In this document: positions 43,797 through 54,463 of the stretch, piece after piece | Numbering within the stretch: position 1 is the first letter of the stretch | Layout of the letters: every line of letters begins with the position of its first letter | NCBI GenBank assembly: GCA_047459655.1 | Contig: JAJREF010000001.1 | Location: forward strand, 512,001 to 576,000 | Reading direction: 5' to 3' | Length of the DNA: 64,000 bases | Source: Rhabdochlamydiaceae bacterium | Lineage (GTDB): Bacteria; Chlamydiota; Chlamydiia; Chlamydiales; Rhabdochlamydiaceae | The notes under the pieces: generated by a model | Databases searched by the model: none | What the model was told of the DNA's origin: nothing | The model's input: only the letters and a program-made list of their open reading frames with translations | Program-made: the position numbers and the translations under genes

Positions 43797-45017
43797 AATA
43801 CCAGGATCAACAATGGGGCTCGGATTCCATGGCAGGTAAATCTCTCCTTTCTCTCCACTGGGTATTTAAAACTCAAAGTCAATCTCACTTCACTTAGATC
43901 TAGGGAATTTTCAAATTCTGCCCCATTAAACATAACAAATACAACTCTTGATTCCCCCCTATTAAGGGATCTAATTCAAATTTTGCTCCCTTATCTTGTA
44001 GAACAACACCTGCACCCCTAACTTCCCATTTACCTAATGGAAACCGTGGAACTGTCAATTCGATTTGAGAAAATGAATCAATCCTCTTACGATAAACCTC
44101 TGTTATCACGTTCCCAACATTTTTTTCATCAGGAACATCGATATATTGTCCTCTAAATCCTACCACATCACTCGCCGCGATTTGTTGCAGAGTTGCCTTG
44201 TTATTTTCTCCATTTATTTTAATTCCAATTACAACTAATTCAGTAGATTGATTAGCAAAGACATCTTTAATTCTATCAAGATTACCTTTAAAAACTGTTC
44301 CAACCCCATCTGTTAATAAAATGGCAGTGGAACGACCCTCTTTCTGTCGACCTTTCATAACAGTAGCTGTTTTATTTAAACCCGCAAGAATATCAGTCGC
44401 TCCATCACATCTTATACCTTCTATTTTTTGTACTACAGCTCTCACTGTATCTGAAGTTAGTCTAGTGCGTTGCAGGAGAACTGTTCCTTTGGTATTAAAT
44501 ACAGTGATAGACAGAAAAAATTTACCAGACTTCTTAGTCTCATTGAGAGCAGATCCCACGATCTGTTTCAATGCTATTTTTACACGCTCTATACGTGATA
44601 CACCATCTATCCGATCATTCATACTATCACTAATATCAACACAAAAATGAAACGTTCCTTGAAAACCCTGTTCTTTTTGTTCGGGAGCATCAATAACAAG
44701 GCGTGCTGTATTGAGCGAACTCTTCATCCTGGCAGAAAGGCCCTGAGGGGATTTCGTCTAATATAATGCACAATTGCCCAAACAACAATAACCGCCGCAC
44801 TTGTGAAACCCCATTTATGATTCGAAACAAAGACCCTTCCTGCTTTGCATACTCCATAAGCATGACGTTGAATAAAAGCACCTGCGTGGGGTAATTGTGC
44901 ACATGCCCAGCTCCAATTCCTTCCAACCCAAGCCCCTCCTTGCGTACATCCTGCACTCACATAATCACCGGCTGTTTGCCAAGCCCAACCAACGTACCTG
45001 TCTACCAAATTGCTCAT
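43779..45017 (-). CDS. von Willebrand factor A domain protein with an N-terminal TM segment (frameshifted)
   Basis: MIDAS VDISDSM, GATDILAGL and ILLTDG; hydrophobic segment in the upstream fragment. Confidence 0.8.
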
Positions 45018-45240
45018 TTTATCCTTCCTGTAACCATGAAAACTATTTTTATAAAAGGCAGGTTATCACAAGCTTCTAAAAACATTAAACTTTATTACAG
45101 CTTACCTTGCCTAATACCCTAATTTTTCCTATTGACCAATGTTTTTTTAAATTGATAATAAATAAGCACTCCTGATAGATTCCTGGTCTCTTCTTATTGA
45201 AAAACGAAGAGACACAAAAATAAAAAAGAGGTTTTTTTAT

Positions 45241-45723
45241 ATGACTCAAATTTTACAAGCTTCACTACTTCGAGATGGACTTAACGCACTACAGATAGGT
45301 GCATTACGCATGCCTACTTTCTTCGCACAAATGACTGCTGCTCTTGCTGTTGGAGAAATTGCTGTCCGTTCCATAAAATCCGGGCTAGATTTCGTTGGAG
45401 TTCCAACTGGTGGAAAGCTAGCTACAAGATTGAGCGAGTGGACTTCTATGACTTATACCCAAAAAAATGATGATGGAGAAGAGGTGAAAGTCAAAGTAAA
45501 CTTCCTAAGACCTTATGAAAAAGTGAGTGCACAACAATTAGCTACTGTCGCTTTAGTTGCTGGCCTGTTTGGAAACGTTGGTGCAACAGCAATTGACTTT
45601 GCTTTTGGCCCAGCTCCTGCAATTTATAATAGAGTACTTAGCTTTTTAGGAAATATTCGCGTCGAAAGCGGTTCGGTACACCCCTTAGTTAGTTACGTTT
45701 CTTCTTTTGTTTATAAAGCATAA
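45241..45723 (+). CDS. hypothetical hydrophobic protein
   Basis: 160-aa ORF with gagg RBS, followed by a terminator hairpin. Confidence 0.65.
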   Translation: MTQILQASLLRDGLNALQIGALRMPTFFAQMTAALAVGEIAVRSIKSGLDFVGVPTGGKLATRLSEWTSMTYTQKNDDGEEVKVKVNFLRPYEKVSAQQLATVALVAGLFGNVGATAIDFAFGPAPAIYNRVLSFLGNIRVESGSVHPLVSYVSSFVYKA

Positions 45724-45738
45724 GCGTATAGTTTAACT

Positions 45739-45775
45739 TCAGGGACTGTTTATTTAAGTCCCTGATTCTTTCTTC
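45739..45775 (+). terminator. intrinsic terminator
   Basis: tcagggact/agtccctga stem followed by ttctttctt. Confidence 0.65.
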
Positions 45776-45780
45776 TGTCA

Positions 45781-45921
45781 TGAGTCTATCTCGAAATTAA
45801 AAAACAATTTATTTTTGATGATTTTCGTTCATGTCTAAAGCTCGTTTTTGTGGACAGTGTGAGCACACATGGCCAAAAAAAGGGCAAAAACAAATATTTT
45901 CTTAATTTCGAGATAGTCTCA
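45781..45921 (+). mobile_element. palindromic element family B
   Basis: 20-bp TIRs tgagtctatctcgaaattaa / ttaatttcgagatagtctca (one mismatch). Confidence 0.82.
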
Positions 45922-45955
45922 TAGATCATACAAATAAATTTCAAAGTGCATTTAA

Positions 45956-46286
45956 ATAACCTCTGGATAAGTGCTTTGTCGGAGATTTCTGATCAGTTTT
46001 TCGAAGACGACAATTTTGAAGAACGCAGCTAACATGGAGAATGTTAGCAAGTTCGAAAAATCTAGTATTCGCAAAAATTGGCGGCAAAATTCGGCAAATG
46101 AATTGTTTGAGACCTTTCTACAACTCTGGCAAATCGAAAAAATCGAAGATTTTTTTGCAAATTTTTGATTTTATATCGAAGACATACTCAATAGAGTAGG
46201 CAAGATATGAAAAATAAAATCTGCGGAAAAAGCGCGATTTTAGCGGTTTACCAGAGTTGTGCAGAGGTCTCTTGCCCAGAGGCTAC
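45956..46286 (+). mobile_element. MITE family A, copy 4, TTAA-flanked and interrupted in its right TIR
   Basis: ttaa|ataacctctggataagtgctttgtcgg...gaattg, resuming at 46272 as ttgcccagaggctac|ttaa. Confidence 0.85.
46109..46271. mobile_element. palindromic element (type C) nested inside family A copy 4
   Basis: gagacctttctacaactctggcaaa pairs with tttaccagagttgtgcagaggtctc; central tactc/gagta hairpin. Confidence 0.8.
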
Positions 46287-46365
46287 TTAACAAAAGGGGG
46301 AACTCTTTGTAAAAAGTTTTTCCTATCTAGGAGATCTCTGCATCACTAGTGAAGCAAAAAAATCT

Positions 46366-47980
46366 TTAAGCACCTGAACGAAGTGGGTTAAAGGATTTCG
46401 ATTTAAAGGATTTCTTAAAACCACCTTTTTTATTAGGAAAGGGTGGTCTTGTTTTTCTTAAAGCGATCTCTTTGTTCCATTGCGTACTTAACAACTCCCT
46501 CTTGTGACTGGAAGTCTCTTTGGACTGGGGTAAAATCTTTATCTGGCGATTTAAAGCTTCTCTCTGAAGATCTAGGCTCAAAACCTCTGTCTCTTGACTT
46601 GAAGCCTCTATCTCTAGGCTGAAAACCTCTGTCTGAAGATCGAGTGTTTCTATCTGGCGGGCTAGAGTCTCTATCCGCATATCTAGATTCTCTATCTGAA
46701 GGTCTAAAACCTCTACCGGAAGATCGTGCATCTCTTTCACGAGGTTTAAAACCTCTACTGGAAGAGCGAGAACCCCTCCCAGAGGATCTAAAGCCTCTTT
46801 CTTCAGAAGGAGCTGAGTTTGTTGAAACAGTCAGTGGAGGAAGGGGGCCTGAAGCAGTTTGTACATTAATTCTTTGGCCTGTAAAACGCTCGATTTGCTT
46901 CACAAGTGACATCTCTTTTGTGTGAGCAAATGTATATGCAATACCTGTAGCTCCAGCTCTTCCTGTTCTACCAATGCGGTGTACATAATCTTGCACATTG
47001 TCTGGTAAATCAAAGTTAATCACATGGCTGATTGCTGGAACATCAATTCCTCTTGCTGCAACATCTGTTGCAACTAAGATTTTGATTTTTCCTTCGCGTA
47101 GGAGTGCCATTGTGCGTGTGCGCTGTCTTTGTTTCATGTCACCATGAAGAGCAGCCGCTTGAAATCCGCCATCCGTCAAATGTCTCTCCAACTTATCTGC
47201 TTGCCGTTTTGTTGCTGTAAAAACAACCACTTGCTGAACAGAAGGATCAACAAGGAGACTCTGCAATAACCTGTATTTATGGTCGATATTAGTAACAGTG
47301 AACAATCTCTGGTCAATTTTTTTCTGAGCAGAAAGATCGATAGCAACGCTGATCTCTACAGGTTTATTCAAAAGACGTTGAGATAATCCTAAAACGCTTC
47401 CTTTAAGGGTAGCAGAAAACATCAATGTCTGACGTGCTTTAGGTGTTGCCTTAGCAATTTGTTCCACGGCATGGATAAAGCCCATATCGAGCATCCGATC
47501 CGCTTCATCAAGGATAAGCACCTCTAATCTTGAAAAATCAACACGCCCTTGTTCCATATGATCGATTAAACGACCCGGTGTGGCTACAAGAATATCAAAG
47601 GGTCGAGAAAGGTTTTTATTCTGCTCAGGATAAGGAGATCCCCCGTAAATACAGACCGTTTTCACAAAAGGAAGGTATTTGGTGTATTTGACGGTCTCTG
47701 TAGCAACTTGCATCGCAAGCTCTCTTGTCGGAACGAGTACTAAAATACGAGGGCCTCTTCCTTTAGAAGGAGAGGGCTCCACAAGACGGTTAAGTGAAGG
47801 AAGCATAAAGGCAGCCGTCTTTCCTGTACCAGTCTGCGCTGCAGCTCTTATATCTAACCCCTTGACAATCTGAGGGATCGCTTGCGCCTGGATCGGTGTA
47901 GCTTCATTATAGCCAAGCTCTTGAAGCGCCTTGAGAATATCTGAATGCAAAAACAAATTTTTAAATGACATATCTTCCAT
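46366..47980 (-). CDS. DEAD-box RNA helicase with a repetitive Arg/Ser/Asp-rich tail (probable late frameshift)
   Basis: AQTGTGKT, PTRELA, DEAD, SAT and HRIGRTGR. Confidence 0.95.
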
Positions 47981-48190
47981 TGATTATAAATGTAATGGGG
48001 CGATTATAAAACAATTGATCTATAAAAAATAGCTTATTCACACAAATTCCAGAAATAAATTAAAGATTTTTTAGATATTTAATCTTGAAGAAAAATCAGA
48101 ACACTCGATTAAATAGACCTTCGATGTAGTAACATTCGGGAAAAATAATAAAGCTGAAACACGTCTTTATTTTTCCGTATGGTATGAGTA

Positions 48191-48219
48191 GAAAAAAGCC
48201 CTCTATTCTAAAGAGGGCC
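48191..48219 (-). terminator. intrinsic terminator of the 48233-48646 gene
   Basis: gccctct/agagggc stem followed by a T run on the minus strand. Confidence 0.65.
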
Positions 48220-48232
48220 ATAAACTAAGATA

Positions 48233-48646
48233 TTAAGGGATGCGCGCTGCAACAGCACATGTTGCTTGAGATAGGCATCTCACAGCCCCATTAACCAAGC
48301 AGCTACTGCTAGCAACTTTATAAGCTATAACACTTATTAAAAATGCCGAGGCGATCTTCTGGCCTAGCTGTTTTGCCGTTTTAGTTGATAGACGCACACC
48401 AACACTATCACTAAAGGCATTTTGGGTTAATGTTGAAAATCCTTTTTTTATCTTTCCTGGCCAGGATTCTGGGAGCCGATCTAATGCACTTTCACATAAA
48501 TAACTCACCCCTATCTTTTCAGCAGCAACATTTATAACTTTTCTAACTATATCGAGCAAATCATCCGCCGCTTTAACTGTGGCATTAACAGCTACATAAG
48601 TAGCAACAACAGCAGCACCTTCGCGAGCAATTGTTCTGATATCCAT
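48233..48646 (-). CDS. hypothetical protein
   Basis: 137-aa ORF with a GGAGG RBS and its own terminator. Confidence 0.65.
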   Translation of the reverse strand: MDIRTIAREGAAVVATYVAVNATVKAADDLLDIVRKVINVAAEKIGVSYLCESALDRLPESWPGKIKKGFSTLTQNAFSDSVGVRLSTKTAKQLGQKIASAFLISVIAYKVASSSCLVNGAVRCLSQATCAVAARIP

Positions 48647-48748
48647 AAAAACCTCCTGTTAAATTTTACTTTCCGATCTCCCTAAGAAATCAGAATTAGA
48701 GCGGATGTTAACAGAAAATGATTTAGATACATACAAAAAAACAGACTC

Positions 48749-50213
48749 TGTTAGCCCAAAATGATAATGTCCTCTTTCTGCTAAATAGAAATGTCCTCTT
48801 TTGAAGATACTGACCTCATTCAAATTTGTTTTTGAAAGGAGGTGAGAGTGAAGGAGTTGATAACTATGAGCAGAAGAGAATTAGAAAGAGTTGAAATGAT
48901 GCGCAATTTAAAAAGAAAAAGCTTTTCCCAGATAGAAGTGGGACAACGTCTGGGGATAACAGCCAGACAAGTTAGACGTTTAAAACAAGCTTACGAACTG
49001 CATGGAGAAGCTGGCTTAGTTTCCAAAAGAGAGGGCAGCCTAGTAATCGCAGGTTAACAGAAGCTTTTAGATCACAAGTCCTAAAGCTGATTTCCGCTCA
49101 TTATGCAGATTATGGCCCTACGTTAGCTCAAGAAAAGTTAGAGGAAAAACATAAGCTTACATTGTCTATAGAGACGCTTAGGAAATGGATGATAGAAGAA
49201 AATATTTGGTCTCCTAAAAAAGCTAAAAAGGCAGTTATCCACCCGATGAGACCAAGAAGGAGTCAGTATGGAGATCTTGTACAAATAGACGGATCTCCCC
49301 ATGACTGGTTTGAAAATAGAGGACCCAGGTGTACCCTTTTAGTATACATTGATGATGCAACTAGTAGACTTGTCGAGCTGTTTTTTTCTCTTGGTGAAAC
49401 AACAGAATCTTATTTTAAAGCGACAAAAAGGTATCTAAAGAGATGTGGAAAACCACTTGCTTTCTACAGCGATAAATATGGAGTTTTTAGAGTCAACCAC
49501 AAAGAAGCTGTATCTGGTAATGGAGTGACAGAGTTTGGAAGAGTCCTAAAAAAACTCGATATCAAGCTCATTTGTGCCAATACACCCCAGGCAAAAGGAA
49601 GAGTTGAAAAAGCCAATCAAACATTGCAAGATCGTTTAGTCAAGGAGATGAGAGAAAAAAATATTTCAACTATTGAAAAGGCAAATGAATGGATTCCCGA
49701 GTTCATAGAGAAGTATAACAAAAAATTTGCCGTAGCTCCTAGAAACGCAGAAGATGCTCATCGAGCTTTAAAACCAGAAGAGAACTTAGAAGAGATTTTC
49801 AGTTACCAGGAAATCCGATGTCTCTCTAAAAACTTAAGCTTCCAATACAAAAACAGTCTTTATCAGATCGATAGTGAAAGATCATCATACACTCTAAGGA
49901 AAGCAAAAGTCATGCTTCTAGAAGATCTCAATGGACGGGTAAGAGTGCTGTATAAGGGCAAGGAGTTAAAATACAAGATATATGGGGAAGAACCGCAAGG
50001 GAAAATTGTGATGTCCAAAGAAATAGATTTAGCACTTAATTGGATAAACAAAAAACCTCAAAAACCTTCAAGGAGTCACCCGTGGAGATAAGAGAAGAGC
50101 TTTTGAAAATGGGTATTTTAGATAAAAAACGGACAAGTCCAATGAAGATCAGAACATCCAAAGAGGACATTTCTAAATTGGAGAAAAGCGGACATTTCTA
50201 TTTTGCGTTGACA
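48749..50213 (+). mobile_element. insertion sequence of the IS1202 family (formerly in ISNCY), 1465 bp, 15-bp target duplication
   Basis: Ends TGT...ACA; repeated aatgtcc/ggacatt boxes in both ends; caaaaaaacagactc at 48734-48748 and 50214-50228. Confidence 0.92.
48842..50091 (+). CDS. DDE transposase with N-terminal HTH (frameshift near 49030)
   Basis: GDLVQIDGSPHDW, YIDDATS, YSDK, PQAKGRVE.ANQTLQDR and C-terminal HPWR. Confidence 0.92.
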
Positions 50214-50291
50214 CAAAAAAACAGACTCTTCTCTTTGCAAATTTACAACTCCTACTTGTATTAAATTATTTTCCGCGCCATTCTTTTTTGT

Positions 50292-51290
50292 ATGATGATA
50301 ACTGTACCATTTATTCGTTTGAGGCGTCTTAGACAACATCCTGTGCTAAGGGAATTAATCCGAGAAACAGATGTGCAGGTTAACGATTTAATTGCTCCGG
50401 TATTTGTTAAGGGAAGTGAAGGAAATAAACAAGCGATTGCATCGATGCCGGGATGTTATCAAATTCCACTCAATTGTTTATTGGAAGAAATTGAGGAAAT
50501 TCAGGCGCTTGGGATCTCTTCTGTTATATTGTTTGGGGTTCCTCCCTATAAAGATCTCTATGGATCGAACGCCTATCATGAACATGGAGTGATCCAACAA
50601 GCCATTAGAATCATCAAAAATGCATCATCTAAGCTGCTTGTGATTTCAGATATCTGCTGTTGTGAGTACACAAATCATGGACATTGTGGCTTCATTAGAG
50701 AAAACAATTCAACCTTTGTAATCGATAATGATAAGACATTAGAGCTGCTGATGAAACAAGCTATTAGTCATGCACAAGCTGGAGCCGATGTGATCGCCCC
50801 TAGTGGAATGATGGATGGGATGGTAAAATCCATCCGTTACGGTTTAGATAGTGCAGGATTTGAAGAAATTCCCATTTTGAGCTACTCCGTTAAATACGAT
50901 TCTTGCTTGTATGGACCTTTTAGATCAGCTGCAGAAGGCGCTCCTGTTTTTGGAGATCGAAGCACCCATTTCATGGATCCTGCCAATAGTAGAGAAGCAC
51001 TGCGTGAGGCCCAGTTAGATATAGATGAAGGGGTCGACATGCTCATGGTCAAACCCGCCCACAGCTATTTAGATGTGATTTACCGTCTAAAAGAAAGCTT
51101 TCCCTCTATCCCCCTAGGAGCCTACCACACAAGTGGTGAGTTTTGCATGATTAAGGCAGCTGCTGAAAAGGGGTGGATAGATGAAAAAAAAGCCGTCTTT
51201 GAAATACTTAGAGGGATGCGAAGAGCTGGCGCTGACTTTATTATAACCTACTACGCTAAAGAATTTGCAAAATGGTTAGCACTGACATAA
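50292..51290 (+). CDS. hemB: delta-aminolevulinic acid dehydratase
   Basis: RLRRLR, Zn-type CCCEYTNHGHC, APSGMMDG and MVKP. Confidence 0.96.
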   Translation: MMITVPFIRLRRLRQHPVLRELIRETDVQVNDLIAPVFVKGSEGNKQAIASMPGCYQIPLNCLLEEIEEIQALGISSVILFGVPPYKDLYGSNAYHEHGVIQQAIRIIKNASSKLLVISDICCCEYTNHGHCGFIRENNSTFVIDNDKTLELLMKQAISHAQAGADVIAPSGMMDGMVKSIRYGLDSAGFEEIPILSYSVKYDSCLYGPFRSAAEGAPVFGDRSTHFMDPANSREALREAQLDIDEGVDMLMVKPAHSYLDVIYRLKESFPSIPLGAYHTSGEFCMIKAAAEKGWIDEKKAVFEILRGMRRAGADFIITYYAKEFAKWLALT

Positions 51291-51353
51291 CTTTTCTTCC
51301 ATTTTTTTAATTGCACCTCTGTCACTCCAAGACCTACAATGCGACTAAGGAAC

Positions 51354-51487
51354 TGGGCAAGAATAATTGCTGCATTTGGACTGCGCCAAAGCCCCGTGGT
51401 TGAGCGATCGTAAGCCACCTAGTATCAGACCGATCGCTCAACCACGGGGCTTTGGCGCAGTCCAAATGCAGCAATTATTCTTGCCCA
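51354..51487. repeat. perfect 57-bp inverted repeat with a 20-nt loop
   Basis: 51354-51410 is the exact reverse complement of 51431-51487. Confidence 0.95.
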
Positions 51488-51732
51488 CTACTATCTATTT
51501 CTCTAAGGTCTTCTTCTGTGTCGATAATAAAGGAGGTACGGTCCTCTTTTTTTACTAATTTTTTAGCTTGAGAAAGAATATATTTATCTAGCAATTTCCC
51601 CACCTTACCCTTAACGAGGATTTCACGAATAAGGGCTCTACGCTTTTTGGCCGACAAAAGGGGGAATAGGAGGTTTTCAGCATTTTATCGGCCATTTAAT
51701 ACCTCTTTTATAAAAGTCAATTTCTTAATATA

Positions 51733-52964
51733 ATGTTTCCCTCTACCACCAACGGACAAATTTTTATGGGCAAACAAACAGAACTCAAAGCTTTATTTTT
51801 GATTGTCACTATTTTCATTGCAGCTTGCATTGAAACAGATATCTACTTGCCCGCTTTTCCAGATATGATGACCTGGTTTGCTGTTTCTGAAAGCGCTATC
51901 CAAGGTCTCCTCACTTGGAACTTTGTAGGAATCTGCATTGCAAGCCCTCTCTATGGGCCTCTTGCCGATGCCTTTGGTCGTAAAAAACCCTTGCTCATCG
52001 CTCTAGGGATGTTTCTAATTGGAAGTCTCATTACAATTTTTGCCACTAACCTCGATCAGATGCTAGCGGGTAGAGTCCTTCAAGGAGTAGGTAGCGGTGG
52101 ATGTTTTACGTTGGGAACAGCGATCATATTTGATGTCTTTCAAAAAGAAAAAGCAGTCCGAGCGCTTAACTCACTTAATATGATCATCCCCCTAATCATG
52201 GCAGGAGCTCCTATATTAGGGGGCTATCTCAACCATGCATTTGGGTTCCGTTCAAATTTTCTTGCCATTGCCATTTTTGTAACAATTGGCCTGATCATAA
52301 CTCTGATCTCCTTTGAAGAGACATTACCTAAAGAGAAACGGATGCCTCTTCAGTTTAAGTCTGTTGTAAGAGATTTTAAGGAAGCTTTCTTGTGCGCCCC
52401 CTTCTGGCAACTTACTTTTATGATCTGCTTAATTTTTGGATCCTATATTGCCTTCCTATCAGGGACCTCTGTTCTCTTTGTGGTGGAGTTTGGGATGAGT
52501 AAATCTATCTTCCCTTTTGTTCAAGCAGCTATCTTGGGTGGCTGGGTAGCAGGAAGTCTTATCTTAAATTCCTCTATTGCTAAATGGGGCATTAAAAAAG
52601 TCAAAAAAATGGGTCTGATGGCATGTGTAGCTGGAGGATTAGAATTAGCGATTGTAACCCTCCTTGCTCCCACAGACGGTTATCTTCTTACGATTGGCAT
52701 GACGGTCTACGCTTTTGGAGCTAATTGGCTCTTTGGGCTGTATTTCCCCGAAAGCATGGCAATCCTCCCCACATCAAAGGTACTGCGGCAAGCCTAATTA
52801 CAAGTGCTCGCTTGCTGTCTGCCGCGCTTATTGTTGGATTAGCAAGTAGCCTTTACAACGGAACCATCTATCCTCTAACAGGGATTGTTGTGGGATCCAT
52901 TTTGATTATGCTTCCCCTACTTCGGATGTATGAAAGCAAAAAAGCTACCGCTCTCTCTCCATAA
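51733..52964 (+). CDS. MFS multidrug efflux transporter, Bcr/CflA family (late frameshift)
   Basis: TDIYLPAFP, YGPLADAFGRK, GRVLQG and EETLP. Confidence 0.88.
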
Positions 52965-53571
52965 ATAGATTTAGTAATTGCTTTTCATACTCTTCTATCG
53001 GGATTAGACCAGCTTCCACGCGCCTTTGAGCCAGGAGTTCTGGATCGCACACAGGATACATCACGAGCTCACCTGCCGCCTCTACCCATTGCGTGCCATA
53101 GACCTGCGGCTCATTTCCGTACATACACACTCTATCCAGTAAATAAGCATAATTGCGAAAGGGGGCCTCTTGTTTATCAACTGCATCTTTCAAAAGAGGT
53201 AAGCACTGTTTTTGAAAATCCAGATCTTGGTGTTGAACTAAAAGCCACATTGCTTCAGCTCCTTCGAGCCCGACAAGTATTATTCCTGGCCAACCAAATT
53301 CTGCAATGATTTCTTTTAGTCTAGGAGCATGTTTTTGATCTATTTCTTGCAGCATGTTCCAATTTCGTTCAGATATAGCAATCTGTCTTACCCTCTGATC
53401 TTCAGCTTGCATCTCCAAAAGCTCTCCTTGTAGAGAAGAATGCTTTGGTTGTGTAAGGGCGCAACAAAGACCAGGAAGCGCCCTATCAAGAATGCCCTTT
53501 GAGCTTTCTGCCTCAGCAGCATACCCCATAAGACATAGACTCATACAAATAACACATAATCTACCCACCAT
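52945..53571 (-). CDS. exported DUF6624-like protein
   Basis: Signal-like N-terminus; EDQRVR, GWPG, AMWLLVQH, AYLLDR and QVYGTQ. Confidence 0.75.
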   Translation of the reverse strand: MVGRLCVICMSLCLMGYAAEAESSKGILDRALPGLCCALTQPKHSSLQGELLEMQAEDQRVRQIAISERNWNMLQEIDQKHAPRLKEIIAEFGWPGIILVGLEGAEAMWLLVQHQDLDFQKQCLPLLKDAVDKQEAPFRNYAYLLDRVCMYGNEPQVYGTQWVEAAGELVMYPVCDPELLAQRRVEAGLIPIEEYEKQLLNLFMERER

Positions 53572-54463
53572 TGGGCCAACACTCCTCATAGGAAAAATCA
53601 AACTCATCGGTAAACCCCGCTTTTTCTTTCATTATTCGCTTGCGCTCGCCCATTTTAGCTCTTTGGTCGATTTCCTGCATCTCTTCTATGGCAAGAAAAA
53701 AATCAGCGATTTCCTTGTTTTCGTGTATGTGTTTCGCTTTTGTACTGCTCGGTAGAGGCATACATAGATGTTGAATAATCCATCTTAGAGCTAATTGTGC
53801 AGGCGTCTTACCATATTTTTTGGCTATTTTCGCAATGAGCGCATCATCACAAATACGTCCTCTGCCGAGTGGGGACCAGGCTTGCACAGCAATACACTTC
53901 TCTTTACAGAGCTTTAGTAGTTCAAAATCACAAAAGTAAGGGTGCATCTCCACTTGAACCCAAGAAATCGGAACTCCTACAGCTAAAGCTTTTTTCAAAT
54001 GGTTAAAAGAGACGTTGCTAAGCCCAATATGGCGGATTTTTTTGTCTTGTCTTAACTCCTCCATAGCACGTAATGTCTTATCAATGGGGACTTGACTATT
54101 GGGCCAATGTATTAAATACGTATCTAAATACTCTATCTGGAGCTGTTCCAACGTCTTTTCTAGATCAAGGCGTACATTTTCTGGCTGCAACATATCATGC
54201 CACACTTTTGAAATGATGTAGACATCACCACGATCTACATCCTTTAATGCTTGTGCAATCGCTTCAAAGTTGGAGTAGCGCGTTGCCGTATCGATGACAC
54301 GATAACCCGCTTCGAGCGCCTCTTTTACAGCTTGTGTGCAGATGTGACCTGTCAATGGATAAGTCCCGAATCCTATCATAGGATAACTCACCCCATCGAT
54401 CTGGCACATCCCACTTTTAGAATCTAATTCAATAGAAGCAGATAAATGCATGCTAGCTATCAT
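53561..54463 (-). CDS. aldo/keto reductase
   Basis: IGFGT, GYRVIDTA.Y, YLIHWP, IGLSN and AWSPLG. Confidence 0.93.
   Translation of the reverse strand: MIASMHLSASIELDSKSGMCQIDGVSYPMIGFGTYPLTGHICTQAVKEALEAGYRVIDTATRYSNFEAIAQALKDVDRGDVYIISKVWHDMLQPENVRLDLEKTLEQLQIEYLDTYLIHWPNSQVPIDKTLRAMEELRQDKKIRHIGLSNVSFNHLKKALAVGVPISWVQVEMHPYFCDFELLKLCKEKCIAVQAWSPLGRGRICDDALIAKIAKKYGKTPAQLALRWIIQHLCMPLPSSTKAKHIHENKEIADFFLAIEEMQEIDQRAKMGERKRIMKEKAGFTDEFDFSYEECWPNGG

Noticed and set aside
46366..46740. Independent coiled-coil gene overlapping the helicase tail
   Set aside because: The heptad pattern follows from the 21-bp repeats; only its last ~28 codons probably belong to the helicase after a frameshift
48749..50213. 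The IS1202-family transposase as mobiliser of the MITEs
   Set aside because: Its TGT/ACA ends and 15-bp duplication match none of the MITE ends or their short duplications
51367..51558. 63-aa ORF after hemB
   Set aside because: It spans the perfect palindrome and has no protein-like features or RBS
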